Source of the DNA: Anthoceros angustus
Taxonomy: Eukaryota; Plantae; Anthocerotophyta
Assembly (NCBI GenBank): GCA_010909165.1
Contig: VJWM01000254.1
Location: 62,001-126,000, forward strand
Length of the DNA: 64,000 nucleotides
Direction of reading: 5' to 3'
How positions within the stretch are numbered: the first letter of the stretch is position 1; the number at the start of each line of letters is the position of its first letter. Shown here one piece after another: positions 39,644 through 52,900 of the stretch. Under the pieces are notes generated by a model that was given only the letters and a program-made list of their open reading frames with translations, ran no database searches and had not been told where the DNA came from. Position numbers and translations under genes: made by a program.

Positions 39644-40861
39644 ATGATGCTTTCGGTGAGAGGGGAACCCCTTTTGCCCAAGCTCCTCCCCGTTCTTTTG
39701 CGTAAGCCCCTCCCCGCTGTCAAAGCCTGGGTGAGCGTGTCTCGAAGACTCTGGGTCCTTCCGCGGTCCCGTTGGACCACAACTCCTCGGGACTGCACGA
39801 CAAGTCCTGCATTGTGGCCGGAAAGGGAAGGAAGGCCATCTGTATATGGCAGGAGCAGTAGTGTTCTCAGGAATTTAGGCACGGTGGCCAGCATGGAGAG
39901 CCCTCCTGCAGGCTACCGAGCGAACGTAGGGGTCTGTCTCGTCAACCAGAAGAACGAGGTGCGGGAGGCCCCTGGTGAATATTTTGCTTGTGCACATCGC
40001 ATGTCAGGAGGCTGACAATCACAAGCTTGGCCTGGCAGGTGTTTGTGGCATTGCGTGTGGATGTTCCAGACTCGTGGCAGATGCCTCAGGTACCCTTAAC
40101 CCTAGAAGAGATCGAGATTGTTGGGACTGCAGCTTATCCAAGGCATCCTGGCTCTTTAGTCAATGCTATGAGTGCCTTCCGCAGGGTGGCATAGACGAGG
40201 GGGAAGAGCCTCGTCAGGCTGCCATCAGGGAGCTGAGAGAAGAGACCGGAGTGACATCGGCTGACATAATCGGGGAGGTATGAGGAGGATTTTTTTTTCT
40301 TTCACAGCTTGCTCATGCATGCACACAGGGCTGTGAGGTCCGATGTTGGAAGTGAGAACAGGTGCCGGAGTGGCTCACATACGACTTCCCAACCGAAGTC
40401 AGAGCGAAATTGGAGGAGCTCTGGGGGCAAGACTGGACTGGCCAGGCGCAGAAATGGTGATTTGTGAAAGCTGGTCCACTCCATTTGGCGGATGCACCTT
40501 CGAAAGCTGTTTAGTCTCATGGCATGCTTCTTATGATGATTATGTAACTCCAGAATGAATGGCAGGTTTTTATTCAGATTTCGTGGGGATGATAGCGAGA
40601 TCACTCTGGTTGGCGATGGAAATGAGCCGGCTGAGTTCTCGGATTGGAAATGGCTGCCAGTGGACCAAGTTCTTGAGAGGGTGGGCAAACTTTGTTATCT
40701 CGTGGTGTTGAGGAAGTGACCGATGCTGCTTTAACCATGCTGAACGTGAAGAACTGTGTGCCGTTGGAATGCTGCAGGCTGTTGGGTTCAAGAGACCAGT
40801 GTATGAACAAGCTTTTCGGATACTTGCTCCCATCATGCAGGACACCTTGCGCACCGGTTGA
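39644..40861 (+). CDS. Nudix hydrolase, Ap4A hydrolase/RppH-like (AtNUDX25-27 group), with probable transit peptide
   Basis: [37 protein letters not shown] Nudix box, WLTYDFP, GQAQKWF, FKRPVYE; basic, Ser/Arg-rich N-terminal extension. Confidence 0.92.
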
Positions 40862-41225
40862 TCACATCACTTCTATTGCGTCCCTAGTCTCCTGTTGTGC
40901 CACATAGTTTCCAAACTCCAGGATCGTGGTTGATAGCAGGATACTGTCTGAACTGGCTGCCGTTCTTCACAAGTTGCTGCATACTTGGACAGCGCGTATG
41001 AGATCCCTTCAAACTTTTTTTGTTGTCCGTGGCCGTGCTACCCATTTTCCAAAGCTTCGGGCACAATATTTTGGCCTGCTTTCTCCAAAGCTTGGACAAC
41101 AGTTGGTAATCCGAATGGGCACGTTCAGAAAATGGTCATTGGCTTTGCGCTTGGGCAATCTGAACACCCGGTCACAACATTAAAGACAGAAAGAATCCGG
41201 ACAAAGAAATGAAATAAGGGAATCA

Positions 41226-41297
41226 AAAGAACCTAGGCCCGACCCAGGGACCTCTGGTGTGTGAGACTAGCGTGATAACCAACTACACCATCCAGAC
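41226..41297 (-). pseudogene. tRNA-Val(CAC)-derived pseudogene or SINE head
   Basis: Minus strand GTCTGGATGGTGTAGTTGGTTATCACGCTAGTCTCACACACCAGAGGTCCC matches plant tRNA-Val(CAC) through the anticodon arm, with one stem mismatch. The T-loop/B-box is degenerate (GGGTCGGGCC) and the 3' acceptor strand is absent. Confidence 0.75.
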
Positions 41298-41845
41298 AAA
41301 GTCAAATACCTATGATACCAGTCATTACACAGAACCAAACAAGTACCAAAAAAAAATCTTGAATTTTAACAAAACACAAGACCTCTTGATCTACACCTCT
41401 TTCTAATGTTATGCCTTTCTCCGCAATATGGTCAAGAAATCCCTTATCCTAATATCATGCCTTCTTGTCCTATTGTACAATCATGCCTTCTCAATGTATA
41501 GACATGATATTTTTGATATCTTTGGGGATAGAATGAAGAATTTAAATAGATATAACAATTCTCATGAAAACCCATATCACAACCCATATATAATGTATGC
41601 ATTTTAACAACCCATATCACTCTTAAGAACTCGTACAATTAAAGATAGATATATCATAATATAACATACATACTCATACATGTTATTGTGGTACAACTTT
41701 TTATAGAGAAACAAAAAAAGATTATGAATTTATGTCTACCTTGTGTGCATATTGAGAATCAAAGGAATGCACATATAAATATTCTCCGATTGTTGTTCTT
41801 GTTTTTCCTTATCCAAGAATTGATAAATCTTCCTTTGACAAAATA

Positions 41846-43326
41846 TCAATATGATCCATGAAGTTCATGTGTCCACCTGGAGAAGAAAAAAAAACACTCT
41901 AGCAATTTTTATGTATTAAAATAACGTTAAAAAATAATTGCTAGAAAAATCCTTACTCTCCATATTTTTCTTTCATTTTGCTGGCCACAGCCTTTGCCAT
42001 CTTTTTGTCCACCCTTTCATCTTTAATGTTTCTGAACCACATTCGACAAAAAAAACATGATTATGATTTAGTTATTAATACATAATCACATATTGACAAA
42101 AAAAAATTAGGCAGGTAGTTTGATAGAAATGTACAAATCATGTCGCAATTGACCCATAGCTACTTCCCGACGACTTCGAGTTTGTTCCATAGTCTGAGAA
42201 AAAGAATATCAACATCCAAAAATCAACATGCTTAATTGTTTTGAAACATATTGTAAAAACCAAAAACATCTCATACCTCATACGCTTCAGCCGATATTGG
42301 ACCTCTAGATTTTAAAACGCAAGCACAGACCATTGCTCCGATCTGCAAAATATTTGCCATCATTGTTGGCAAATATTTGGTATTTCATAAAATTTCATAT
42401 GTTTAACATAATCCACTGTATACCTCACATGCAAAGAGAATAATATATCCAAGTGTCGCTCCACGGCAAAAGTCGTCTATCTGTATGAAGAAGAAGAAGA
42501 AGAATTTTATTGAAGTCCATTAAGGACGGACTATTTGTATGGTATATGAGTACCAAACTAGAGAACTATAAATAACCTTCATTTTAATAAATAATTGAAA
42601 ATTATCTTAGTTTCATAAACTTAGCATTTACACTTTTCAATGTGTAGCTCTTTGAATTAAAGCTCTTTGCCACTTTGGTCCTCTGCAATTCGTATTACAA
42701 ATGATAAAAATGAGTTTTTCTAAAATATTCATGACTATTATGTTAGAATCATACTTCAAATTAATGTTCAAGTATGTTATCTACATATCATTGATCTTTA
42801 AGATTTGAAACATTGGATCCTTTTTGGGTCCTACATAATGGAACTTACAGTTGCTAAAAGAGCAAGAAGAAACCCGCCAGTGCCGATTGTGGCTATGACC
42901 ATAAGAAGCATATTGATTTTAAAACATAATGTCAAAGCATTGCTACCACATCCTGTTATTGCTGCTGCTATAATTATTGCTCCAAGAGCTAAGAGCATGC
43001 TGACATATGCATAATAGTCCAATAGTATGTCAATAATTTTGTCAGAATAAACATATTGAAGGATTATGAAAATTCACAACTAGGTCATGAGATTACAAGC
43101 CAGGAGAGAAGTTTGGCGATCCTTTTTGGATAAAAATGACCATCAAAATAGTCAAAAACCCAGATAACTGCAAAATGTAGGCACACCATCCAAATCAAAA
43201 TAAAGTTCGAGGAATGTGGAAGTGAATGTGTAGTGATAGTATACTTACGAATATCAGTACATTAAAGACCCTCAAGGATTCCCCGGGACAGCTTTTCCCT
43301 AATTGGATCTCCCTTAATAAGGCCAT
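41846..43326 (-). CDS. Small four-TM tetraspanin-like protein (TOM2A/TET18-20 type), ~9 short exons, AT-rich
   Basis: Hand-spliced in frame: MALLREIQLGKSCPGESLRVFNVLIF|LSGFLTILMVIFIQKGSPNFSPG|FMLLALGAIIIAAAITGCG...LLALLAT|RTK...|IDDFCRGATLGYIILFACE|IGAMVCACVL...|...|DERVDKKMAKAVASKMKEKYGE|WTHELHGSY*. The TM pattern and the KMKEKYG motif are typical of the TOM2A group. Confidence 0.7.
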
Positions 43327-43609
43327 GCCTTCATATGTGTCACATAATTTAATTGGTCTACAAAATCCGCCAAGATTCTTTTTTTCTGCCGCGGATGGAT
43401 AGAAGAAGAATTACAACTTGCTGCTTCCACGCTCTTTGTTGCACTTTGGTAAGCTCCAACAGAAGGCGTATAAATGTATGAATCGATTTCAAAATTGAGT
43501 TTGTGGTCCGAACGGGGCAAGCTGATGGGACGGAAGAAAAAGCGTTTGATAAACGTCTCGGTCGTGGGATATGAAAGGAAGGAGCAGGGGACCTATCACA
43601 GCAGCGCTT

Positions 43610-43645
43610 AACGCCCGTACAGTCCGTACGGACGTTACGGGCGTT
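43610..43645. promoter_or_regulatory. Near-perfect 36-bp palindrome between divergent tetraspanin and dynein-2 genes
   Basis: aacgcccgtacagtccgtacggacgttacgggcgtt differs from its reverse complement at only 4 positions; it has a central perfect 12-bp palindrome gtccgtacggac. Confidence 0.6.
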
Positions 43646-43936
43646 TGCCTGTCACACTACATGGACGTGGAAACGGTTTTGTAGAACCTTTGGTGCCGAA
43701 GGTGTGGCTCGCTGGAAGCCCTTGATCTGTGTGTGTCTTCATGGCATGATTGTGGAGCTGGGTGTTGCAAATGTGCGTGTCAGATCGGCTGATGCGAGCT
43801 GGAAACGGAGCTGGGTCTGCTGGAGCGGGGGTTCTTCCTCCACGCAGACACGGCATCGCCGAGTTGAAGCCGCCTTCTCCTTCAACCTGTCACCTGGACT
43901 GCTTCAGGACTCTGAGACTGCTGATCGACTGGCTGT

Positions 43937-46900
43937 ATGAGAGGAATGGAGAATCTGAAGGCGATGGAGAGCATTGCTGACGAGTTTCTGGCATGGGAAA
44001 ACCTGATCAAGACCTCAACCTCAGCAGCTGTTCGAGACCAGGCATTTAGTGTTGTGCGCGAGCTGCGGCCTATTAGGGACAACTTTGTGGTCAGTGCTCT
44101 TACTGACAGCGCGCCTGGAAGTGCAGCCTCTGACGCACCAGGTGAATCACGGACTTGTTGTTGTGTTTCTTACAGAATATCGAGTCCAAGAGTGACGAGG
44201 AGCTACTGGACTTGGTAGATAGTACGCAAGATGCTCTGGAGAAGTTATGGATCGTCCCTTCCAATGTTGGAAACCGCAAGAGCATGGAGGAGTTTCCAGC
44301 AGCGTATAGTCAGCAAAGAACCGTGCATCTCATGAGACTTGTGGGAAGGTCCTTTCATGCGGCCGTGCTCCACAAGATCTCTGGAGTGGATATATGGACC
44401 GGACGATTCCAGCAGGTGCTAATGCGCCTCAGCTAATCGCTAAGAGAAACACAGGCTGTCCAATACTCCTTAACAGTCATGTTGCGGCAGGTGGAGTTCG
44501 CGTTAAGTCAGGCGATGCGGTTGATAGAGACGTGGGATCACATGACAGTCCACTTGACAGGATACACATGGCCCTCACATGTGAGCAGACCCTGGCTCGG
44601 ACAGTCTTTCAGGGATGAGTTGCTCAACACTCTTCATAATCGTCTTGACGAGATTCTCAAGCTGCTCGAGGTAATGTAACGCAAGAGGTGCATTTCTTCC
44701 GTGTACCGTGATCTTTCTCCTTATCCTTGCTATCTGAAGTCACTGCTGAGGCCACAAACGAGATGGTCAGAGGGTGGACCTAAATTTTAACTGGCTTGCT
44801 TACAGGTCTCTCAGCGGCTTCTGACACTGGTCTCAGAGTCTGAGAATGATTCACTGGTAAAGTTGAGTAGGTGTCGAGCTTTCACCAACCTGGATGCCCT
44901 GGATTGCTCCCCTTCTGGAGAAATTGCTTGGAAGGTATGTTCGCTTTTGATGCCTCTGGAATGTGAATACGAATCTGGTTCAGACAGGACATACAGTTCA
45001 AAGTTCAGAAAAGTTCTAAGGTAGAGATCTTACTGTGGAAATAGGCGGCTCTTCTGCTGTATGAGAAGCAAATGACCCCTCTTGAAGGCAAGATAGCAAT
45101 GAAGTTGAGTGAAGTTTTCTGCTCCTCTATCTTGCCATCATTGGCTGCCTCGTTGGAACCCAAAATCACTGAGACAGCCACAGCAGCAACAGCTGGTCCC
45201 CACCAGGTAACATGAAACAGAATGTGTCTTAACTCGAGGATCCTTATCGATCTTTGACAACGTCCTCAACAACAGGTAATGGCCGAGATCCGGAAGTACA
45301 AAGACCTCTTTGAAAGGCCGCTTGTGGTCCAGGCTTTGAGCAGCACAACAGAGATGCTGCTGTCACTATTCAACAGGTCCTCATTCGCATCATTCCTGCG
45401 AAATTTCCAACAGCCTTTTACGGAACAGCAGCACAGTTTATTTCTAAGCTTTAAAACGCCTCGGCATGCAGGCATTTGGACGGACTAAGAGGTAACTACG
45501 ATAGGCACTGCCGAAACGAAGGGAAAAAAGGGGCTCCAGGAGCATCATCCCTCCCTCATTGCAATTCCACCCTTGTTGTTGGCAGCATTTTCTGGTCACT
45601 CCAGCAGGAGCACAAGGTATAGCAATCTTTAGAGATGTGTCCAAGAACTCGCTCTCGTCATTCTAGAATGTAACTGGATTAACTGCCTTTTGCCTTCCTT
45701 TTGCCATTAAGGTGCATGAAACAAGGACCACTATAATGGCATTAAGGCCATTTCTTTGCAAGAAAACAGAACCCTCTGTGACTGAGCCCTTAGACACCCT
45801 TGTTCAGGAGCTCAGGTGAGACTTGTGGAATAGAACCTGGACCTGACTTACAGACAGTGGCACTCTGGTCATCCAACCCCAGCATAATGGCTTGTGTGCA
45901 GTGACTTGAAGCAAGACATCGCAGTCTACAAGAAAAATCAGCTTAAGGTACATCAGGTCTAGGCATTCTGTCTTGTGCATTCCTGACTCAAGTCTTCAGG
46001 CGCCTATAACGACAGAGTATTCCAGACATGGGAAGCAGATGCAAGGACGAGACTGGAAAATGTGTCTCTCGAGACATCGGGAAAGCTCTTGAAACTGAAC
46101 CCTGAAGACGGTCATGTAGAGGTATTACTACCACATATGCCCGACTGAGGAGTTCGTTCAGCTGGTCACTAATCACTGCGGACTTGACACAGGTGACATT
46201 TGGCACTGATCTCGTATCACTAATTCGCCAAACTCGCGAGCTAATCACATCAGGATTTGTCTTGGATGTAAGTACCAAGCCATGAGTTGGCTAGGAAAGC
46301 TATCAAGGAAACCATAGGATCTGAAGAACATCTAATGTAATGTGCATCCTTACAGATTAAGATAGTGAAAGTGGTAGAGACAGCCCAAAAGTTCCAAAAG
46401 CAAGCAATGCTCTTGAAGCAAGTGGCCAATTTCTACAACGATATTTCGACACAAATGATCTCGTGTCAGAAGGTCATGCTCCTGAAAGATGCCTTAAGGT
46501 TTGAGGCAATTCTGAAGAATCCCTGTGACACTTTAGGCCAGCCACTCCTGTGGAGCAATCTTACAGCCGTACAGGTAACTAAGATAACAAAAAGATCACC
46601 AACAACCACAGCCTGATGGAGCACATAAACTTGTCATACATTGTTGGTTTGGCCGACTCTTCAATAACTCCTTCTCCTCTCTACTCAGAGCTATACAGAA
46701 AGGCTTCAGAATGCAACACTCAAACTATCCGAAAAGAACAGGCTGTTAAGGTTGCAGCACAGGTTGTCCCTAAACTGACACTGTGCACGATGTTTCAGGG
46801 TTCATGGCTTCTCTCCCACGAAAAATCTCATCTGCTAAAACTGCACGTACAGCAAACTCGCGCAAATTGCCAAGAAACTGAGAACAATTGACTTCCAGCA

Positions 46901-49900
46901 TCATTCACAACAGTGGCGGACGTCTTTGCGAGAAATGAGTCGTATTTTTGAAGAAGCAGAAAAACAAGGATATACTCAACTTAGCGAATGGCAGAAACAT
47001 TGGGACATAGAGGTGAGCTGACATGGGTGTCTCGCTTATGACGTCAGTTCACCCGGGAAGTTGATTCTTCGTGCTTGACACCCATGTGAAATGCATACTC
47101 TTCAACATCCAAGTTGCTGGTTGTTTCTTGCCAGATATTTCAAATGCTGGAGCGTCAATATGACAAGTACCTTGAACACTTCGACAGAAATTTGCCTGAG
47201 GTACTCACTCTAAGTCTGGCCCACAGCTGACCTTCCACTTGTTTTGGTACTCACCTCGCACTATACAAGTAAGTATGCCTGCATGCTTTACTACGAATTA
47301 GGTGAACGTGAAACTAGTGTTCAAGGACGGATCCCTTGCCTACGGCCCTGACATTGATGACATATCTGCACATCACCTGCGAATGATTAAGGATCGCCTC
47401 AGGTAATAGACTCCCAATCCCATGTTCATCACAGTGGAACATTCACACTACTGATGGAATGCTTTTACAATCACAGTTTGCCAGTGGGCTTCCGAGGCTT
47501 TGGTGTCAGCACAGAAACATTCACTAAATTTAGCCAGACTTTGCAAGCCCATCCTGGAGTAAAACTCATCGACGATAGGTACCAGTTTTTCATAACGTCC
47601 TCTCACTTTCAGCTTCTGAAGTGCTGGCAGCTAAGTACTGTTGATCTCACAGAGCTAGAGAATTGTTCAGAACACTGCAAACCGAGCAAACTAAACTCAC
47701 AGAACAGTTCGACTTGGTACCTACTGATCCCTACATGTAAGGGACCTTACTCAGCTGAGATACCAAGCTAACCTCCACGACGCTACTGTTTGCAGGAAAA
47801 TCTAGCCTTGCTGAAATTGGCTGGAAACGGGACCAACCAAAGCAGGGACTGGGATGATGAATTCAAAAAGATCCGGTCTCTCTGCAGGAAATGTGAAGCC
47901 GTGCCCCTAGAATTCAAGGTCAGCATCGTCTCCCTTACTGGGCCTCAGAAGCATGGCTCCGATTGAGACAACCTTTTCTGATACATGACCAGGTTGGGTG
48001 CGTTAGGATACTGGGGACACCAGCGAAAGAAGCCATACGTGACCAGCTCAAGGACCTGCACAAGGTGCTTTGTGAGTCACTAAGAAGCCAAGTTGACACA
48101 GACATGGCCGCCATTGAGAACTTCATGGCAGAAGGACAAGACATCATTGAGGGCAGCCTATCTTCAGTCGAGGACATCGAATATACACGTCAGGGAGGTC
48201 TGCAACTGGTATGCTTGCAGATCCCTCCAATGTGCTGATCACTACCGATGGTCCTAAGCTCCTTTTTACTGTTGGCCAAAGCTTTGACAGTCTATGATGA
48301 GGGGATTTGCAGATTGCAGACCTTCCACACATGGTGCAGCTACGACTAGATACCGAGGAGAGACTGAAGTTGCTTCGGCATGTCAGAAGTTCTGCAGGAA
48401 TTGGAAACGGTGACAAGGACAGCATGTATGCCGCATCCTTTGCCAGCAGCTGGGAATCTTTTATGGCGAAGCTGAATCAGCATGAGGTACAACCGTCTAC
48501 GCGACTCGCCGTTCCCCTATTTGCTCTGATAACATAGCCAGTTCGTGCACAGGCAAATCTACATCAGCAAGCACACAAGCTGAGAAACAAGATGCACCAA
48601 GAAGTTCAAGAAGTGCAGAACCGGATAGTGTTCTTCGCAGATCTTTGGTACTTGAAGCTCTACCCATCATACGCAGTGGAAGTGAGTTAACAAGTGTTCA
48701 ACACACCCCTAATACGACTGGCAGGCACCAGCAACATGCCAAGGCACAGTGCCCTCAAAACATCAAGAGCATTCTCAAGGAACTGGCAGAGAGTGAACAG
48801 CTGCTGAAGGAGCTGGAGGTAAGCAAGCGGCTGTGTTCTCAACACTCCGGCCTCGATGGTGTTCCACCTGCAATTTTGACTCAAGAACGACCACTACAGG
48901 GACGGACTGAGAAGGCCTCAAAAAGGTGCAAGATTTTGCAAATGGGGGAGCCTTCATTCCCGCTTCTTGACAGCATCAAACAAGACTTTGAGCTCACTAA
49001 GGAGGCATGCCTGAAACACCTTCAGCTGACCTAAGTCTTTATGAAAATTGGGATAGTAAACCTTGCCGCAGAGTCCATGTTTACATGTTTGCCGCAGAGT
49101 CCATCAACAAGAGCTCCACACTAAAGAGCCACACTAAAGAATATACCCATGGGATGACCAGTTGCAAGGACTGATTATGTACTACTCGTACCTGGCAGCG
49201 GTGGACACAAGTGGGGAGATTTGTGGAGGAAAGGGATGAACTAGCAACTTGTAAATGGACGACAGCAAGAGACAAGATACACATCCTAGAAGACTTTGTA
49301 GTAAAATGGCAACAGATTTTAAAATCCAGTGTCCACAGGGATCAAACACACTCAGCGATAAGTAAAGAACTTGAAGACTACAATGCATGCATTCCTCTGT
49401 TATCTTTTATTAAAGGAGAGTCGTGGGAACACCACCACTGGGTCCAACTGCTTTCGTTGCTTGACTTAAATGATCAGGTAGTGAAAGCTTCCTGAATCTA
49501 ATTAGAGCAATTGAAAGACATGCTTCAAAACGACCCAGTGGAAGAGCCACGGCTAAATAGCTTCTCCACAATGTACTTGCCCATCATTCTCCAGGGCCTG
49601 CAAGTGGCAAATCTTCAAATGGGCGACTTTATGACCCGAGCTGGCAAAATAATTGAAAAAGCTAGAGCACTTGAAGTCTTAAATGCACAAGCTACTGGAG
49701 AGGTTGAGCGAAGACATCACTTCCCTCGGCAGTTTTCAATACTAACTACTTTCTCTGCTTCTAAGTGTCCTAACTTACTCCATGCCATTTATTGCACAGG
49801 TGAGCATCAGGGAATCCTTAAACCAGCTAGTTACTTGGAGTTTGGAGAGATGCTTTTCCACAATTTCTTACATTCCAAGCAAGAAAAACAGCCAATCAAC

Positions 49901-52900
49901 CATCCTAATAAAGGACTGGGCACAACTGCTGACAGAAGTCAGTAACTTTCTCCCACAAGTCCTGCACTCAAAACAACTCTGAAAAAGAGAAACCCTGTCC
50001 AAAGATGAATCGAGCAGTTGCTTGCATCTGGCATGATTATAAGCTGTTGTACGCAGATTGGAGACAATCAACTACTGCTGAAGGCGTCCAAAGAATCACC
50101 TTTCGCAGCAGTATTGAGGGATGACATAAGCCTTTGGGAGCGCAGGTTATCAGGACTCCAGCAGTCCCTTCAGCATCTGAACAGGTTTGTGCGAGGCTCC
50201 TGAGAGGAAAGATCAGAGGTGTGTCTAAGGTAGTCACATTGCCAGATAGGACTCTCTAATACTATGCATCCAACTGCACATAAGGATTGTGCTGTGGCCA
50301 ATCTTGGGGGTTTGCCAGCATACAGAGAAAATGGGTCTACTTAGAGCCAATCTTTGCAAAAGGAGCCCTCCCGATGGAACAGGTAGCATAAGCAGTTCTT
50401 TGAAGGAAGCCAATTTATGCAAATGACATATATTACTGACTTGAGTATCTTACACTCGTTTGTCTGCCTACTACACTTCAAGTAACAGTTAACCACATAC
50501 ATGTTCAGATGCGGTTCAACAAGGTGGACGCTGAGCTGAGAACCATCTTGCAGTCAATATCCACCAACTCAACAGTCACGAAACTGTTGGACTATCCTCG
50601 AGTGGAAGACGCCCTTCCACACCTTGACCAACAACTGGATATTTGTCAACGTGCACTCTCATTGTTCCTTGAGGTCAGTCAACGTTTATCCCACACAGGA
50701 CTTGCATGCTGCGTATCATTGTCAAATACACCATCAGATGGTGAACTGGTGGGCTGCAGGAGAAGCGGACAAGTTTTCCACGGTTCTACTTTGTAGGAGA
50801 TGACGACCTCTTGGAAATCTTAGGGCAATCAGAAACACCTGAAGTAATACAGGTTCGCAGCAGTCTGCCAGTTATGACCACTTGAGATATTTAAGCAATG
50901 TGTGATAACTGTGCTCTTAACTATGCTAATGATATGTCCAGGCCCACCTAACAAAGATATTCCCAGGGGTACAGAGTGTAATGTTTTCACCCCAATCAAG
51001 AAGGTGGGCTGCAAGCTGAACTTGCCTGGGCAGCTTTCTTAAAACTTCAAAAGGAAAACAAACTAGCTCAATCCCAGTGGACGCGCTGTGCAGAATCGTA
51101 TCAGTGCAAAGTCCTGAGGGCGAGATACTGAATCTTGGAGCCCCAGTTGAGATCAGTGCGGAGATCGAAGACTGGCTGAATCTCCTTGCTTCTACGTTGC
51201 AGGTGACTTCTAACCTGACAGATTGACACACAGCACACCCTACAATGCTGCTAAGCTACTTTTTAAGCTGAGAGTCTTCGCTTGCTTCAGCATAGACAGA
51301 ACCCTGTTAGGTCTAGCCATTTCAGGTTCCATACCAGAGACTGACACCTGATTTAACCCTACAGTCAACACTGCAACAAAATCTAGCAGATTGCTTACAG
51401 AGCATGGACCAGAAACATTTGCCATGTCAAATGCTTTGCTTAGCAGCACAAGTAGAGTTCACAAGAAAGTGTGAACAAGCCATTCAAAGTGATGGGTTAA
51501 GCTCTTTGCGAACAGAGCTTGCAGCAGAACTGCAAAGTCTTACAAAATCAGGGATAGCACGACAAAACAAGAAATTCAAACCACTCGTCCTGGATCTGAT
51601 CCATGCACTTGAGATCGTGCAAGACCTGTTGACAGCCAATGCTTGCAGTCCTGAAGAATGGATATGGTCACGGCAGGTACACTCCCAAATACTGAATGAG
51701 CTTAACATAGGGGAACAAATGAGAGAGGTGCCTCTGCAAATAAACAGCCCACTACAATTTGCAGCTCCGTTTCTACAAATCAAGCAATTTTGGAGCTTCC
51801 GTGAAGATGGCAGAAGCAGACTTTGTTTACTCTTTTGAGTACCATGGCAATGGCCCTAGACTCGTCTACACTCCCCTTTCAGATAAGTGTTTTCTTGTGC
51901 TTACTCAAGGGCTTCATCTAGGATATGGTGGGAATATATTTGGACCAGCAGGGACGGGAAAAACAGAGACTGTGAAAGCACTTGGCCACTATCTTGGCAG
52001 AGAGGTTATTACTTCCTCCCTTAAAACTTTCACAGCATACAATCATGACCCTATTAGCCTCATGGAACGGGAACATAACTGCAGCAGGTATGATAGAATC
52101 GATTGACATCCCTCATTTGTCTAAAATTTGCTGGAACAGGTACTGGTTTTCAATTGTGACGGTGAATTTGACTTCAAAAGCATGGGTCGAATACTCACAG
52201 GAATTATAAAATCTGGAGCTTGGGGCTGCTTTGATGAATTCAACAGGCTCGAAGAAGATGTTTTGTCTGCTCTTTCCCTCCAGATTCAAGCAATTCAAGT
52301 AGCCATTCGGGATAAAATACCCGAAATCAGCTTCTTTGGCAAGATAACGAAGCTGAATAGCAACTCTGCCATCTTTGTTACACTTAATCCCAAGTCCAAA
52401 GACTATGCTGGTCGCTCGAAGTTACCAAGCAACCTCCAAGCTCTATTCCGTTCTGTAACAATGACCTACCCCAACTCAGATTTGATTGCCGAGGTATGAA
52501 GCAATAAGACCTTAGGATAGAAATTTCGCTTGAGTTAAGTATCTCTCAGAAGAGCCTGCTGACAACCTTTCCCAGGTTAATTTGATGTCAGAGGGCTTTA
52601 TGTTTGCAAAAGAACTTGGTCGCAAGGTTGTTGCTGTTTTCACATTTGCCAGTGAGGTACATACCTGATCTGCATAGACCTGGACAATCTAGAAGCAGGT
52701 TCAACAACTCAACCTACCGCACATTGACCGTGCAGTTACTAACCAAGCAACACCACTACGACTGGGGTCTTCGTGCAATTAAGTCTGTACTCAACATGGC
52801 TGGCAACTTTCTTCATGAAGATATGGAAAATGTCACCAAGCTGACTAGACAACAAGAAGAGCATATAGTTGTCCACTGCCTATTGGCAAGCACTGTGCCA

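Noticed and set aside
30101-40861. Two Nudix genes within 10 kb as a functional cluster
   Set aside because: They belong to distant Nudix subfamilies, lie on opposite strands and are separated by unrelated genes; chance proximity is sufficient.
44467-44474. TCCTTAAC as a U12 branch point in a dynein intron
   Set aside because: The matching donor is GTGCTA, not RTATCCT.
49063-49140. Short local duplications (ttgccgcagagtccat x2, ccacactaaaga x2) in dynein
   Set aside because: They lie within an intron and are ordinary slippage products.
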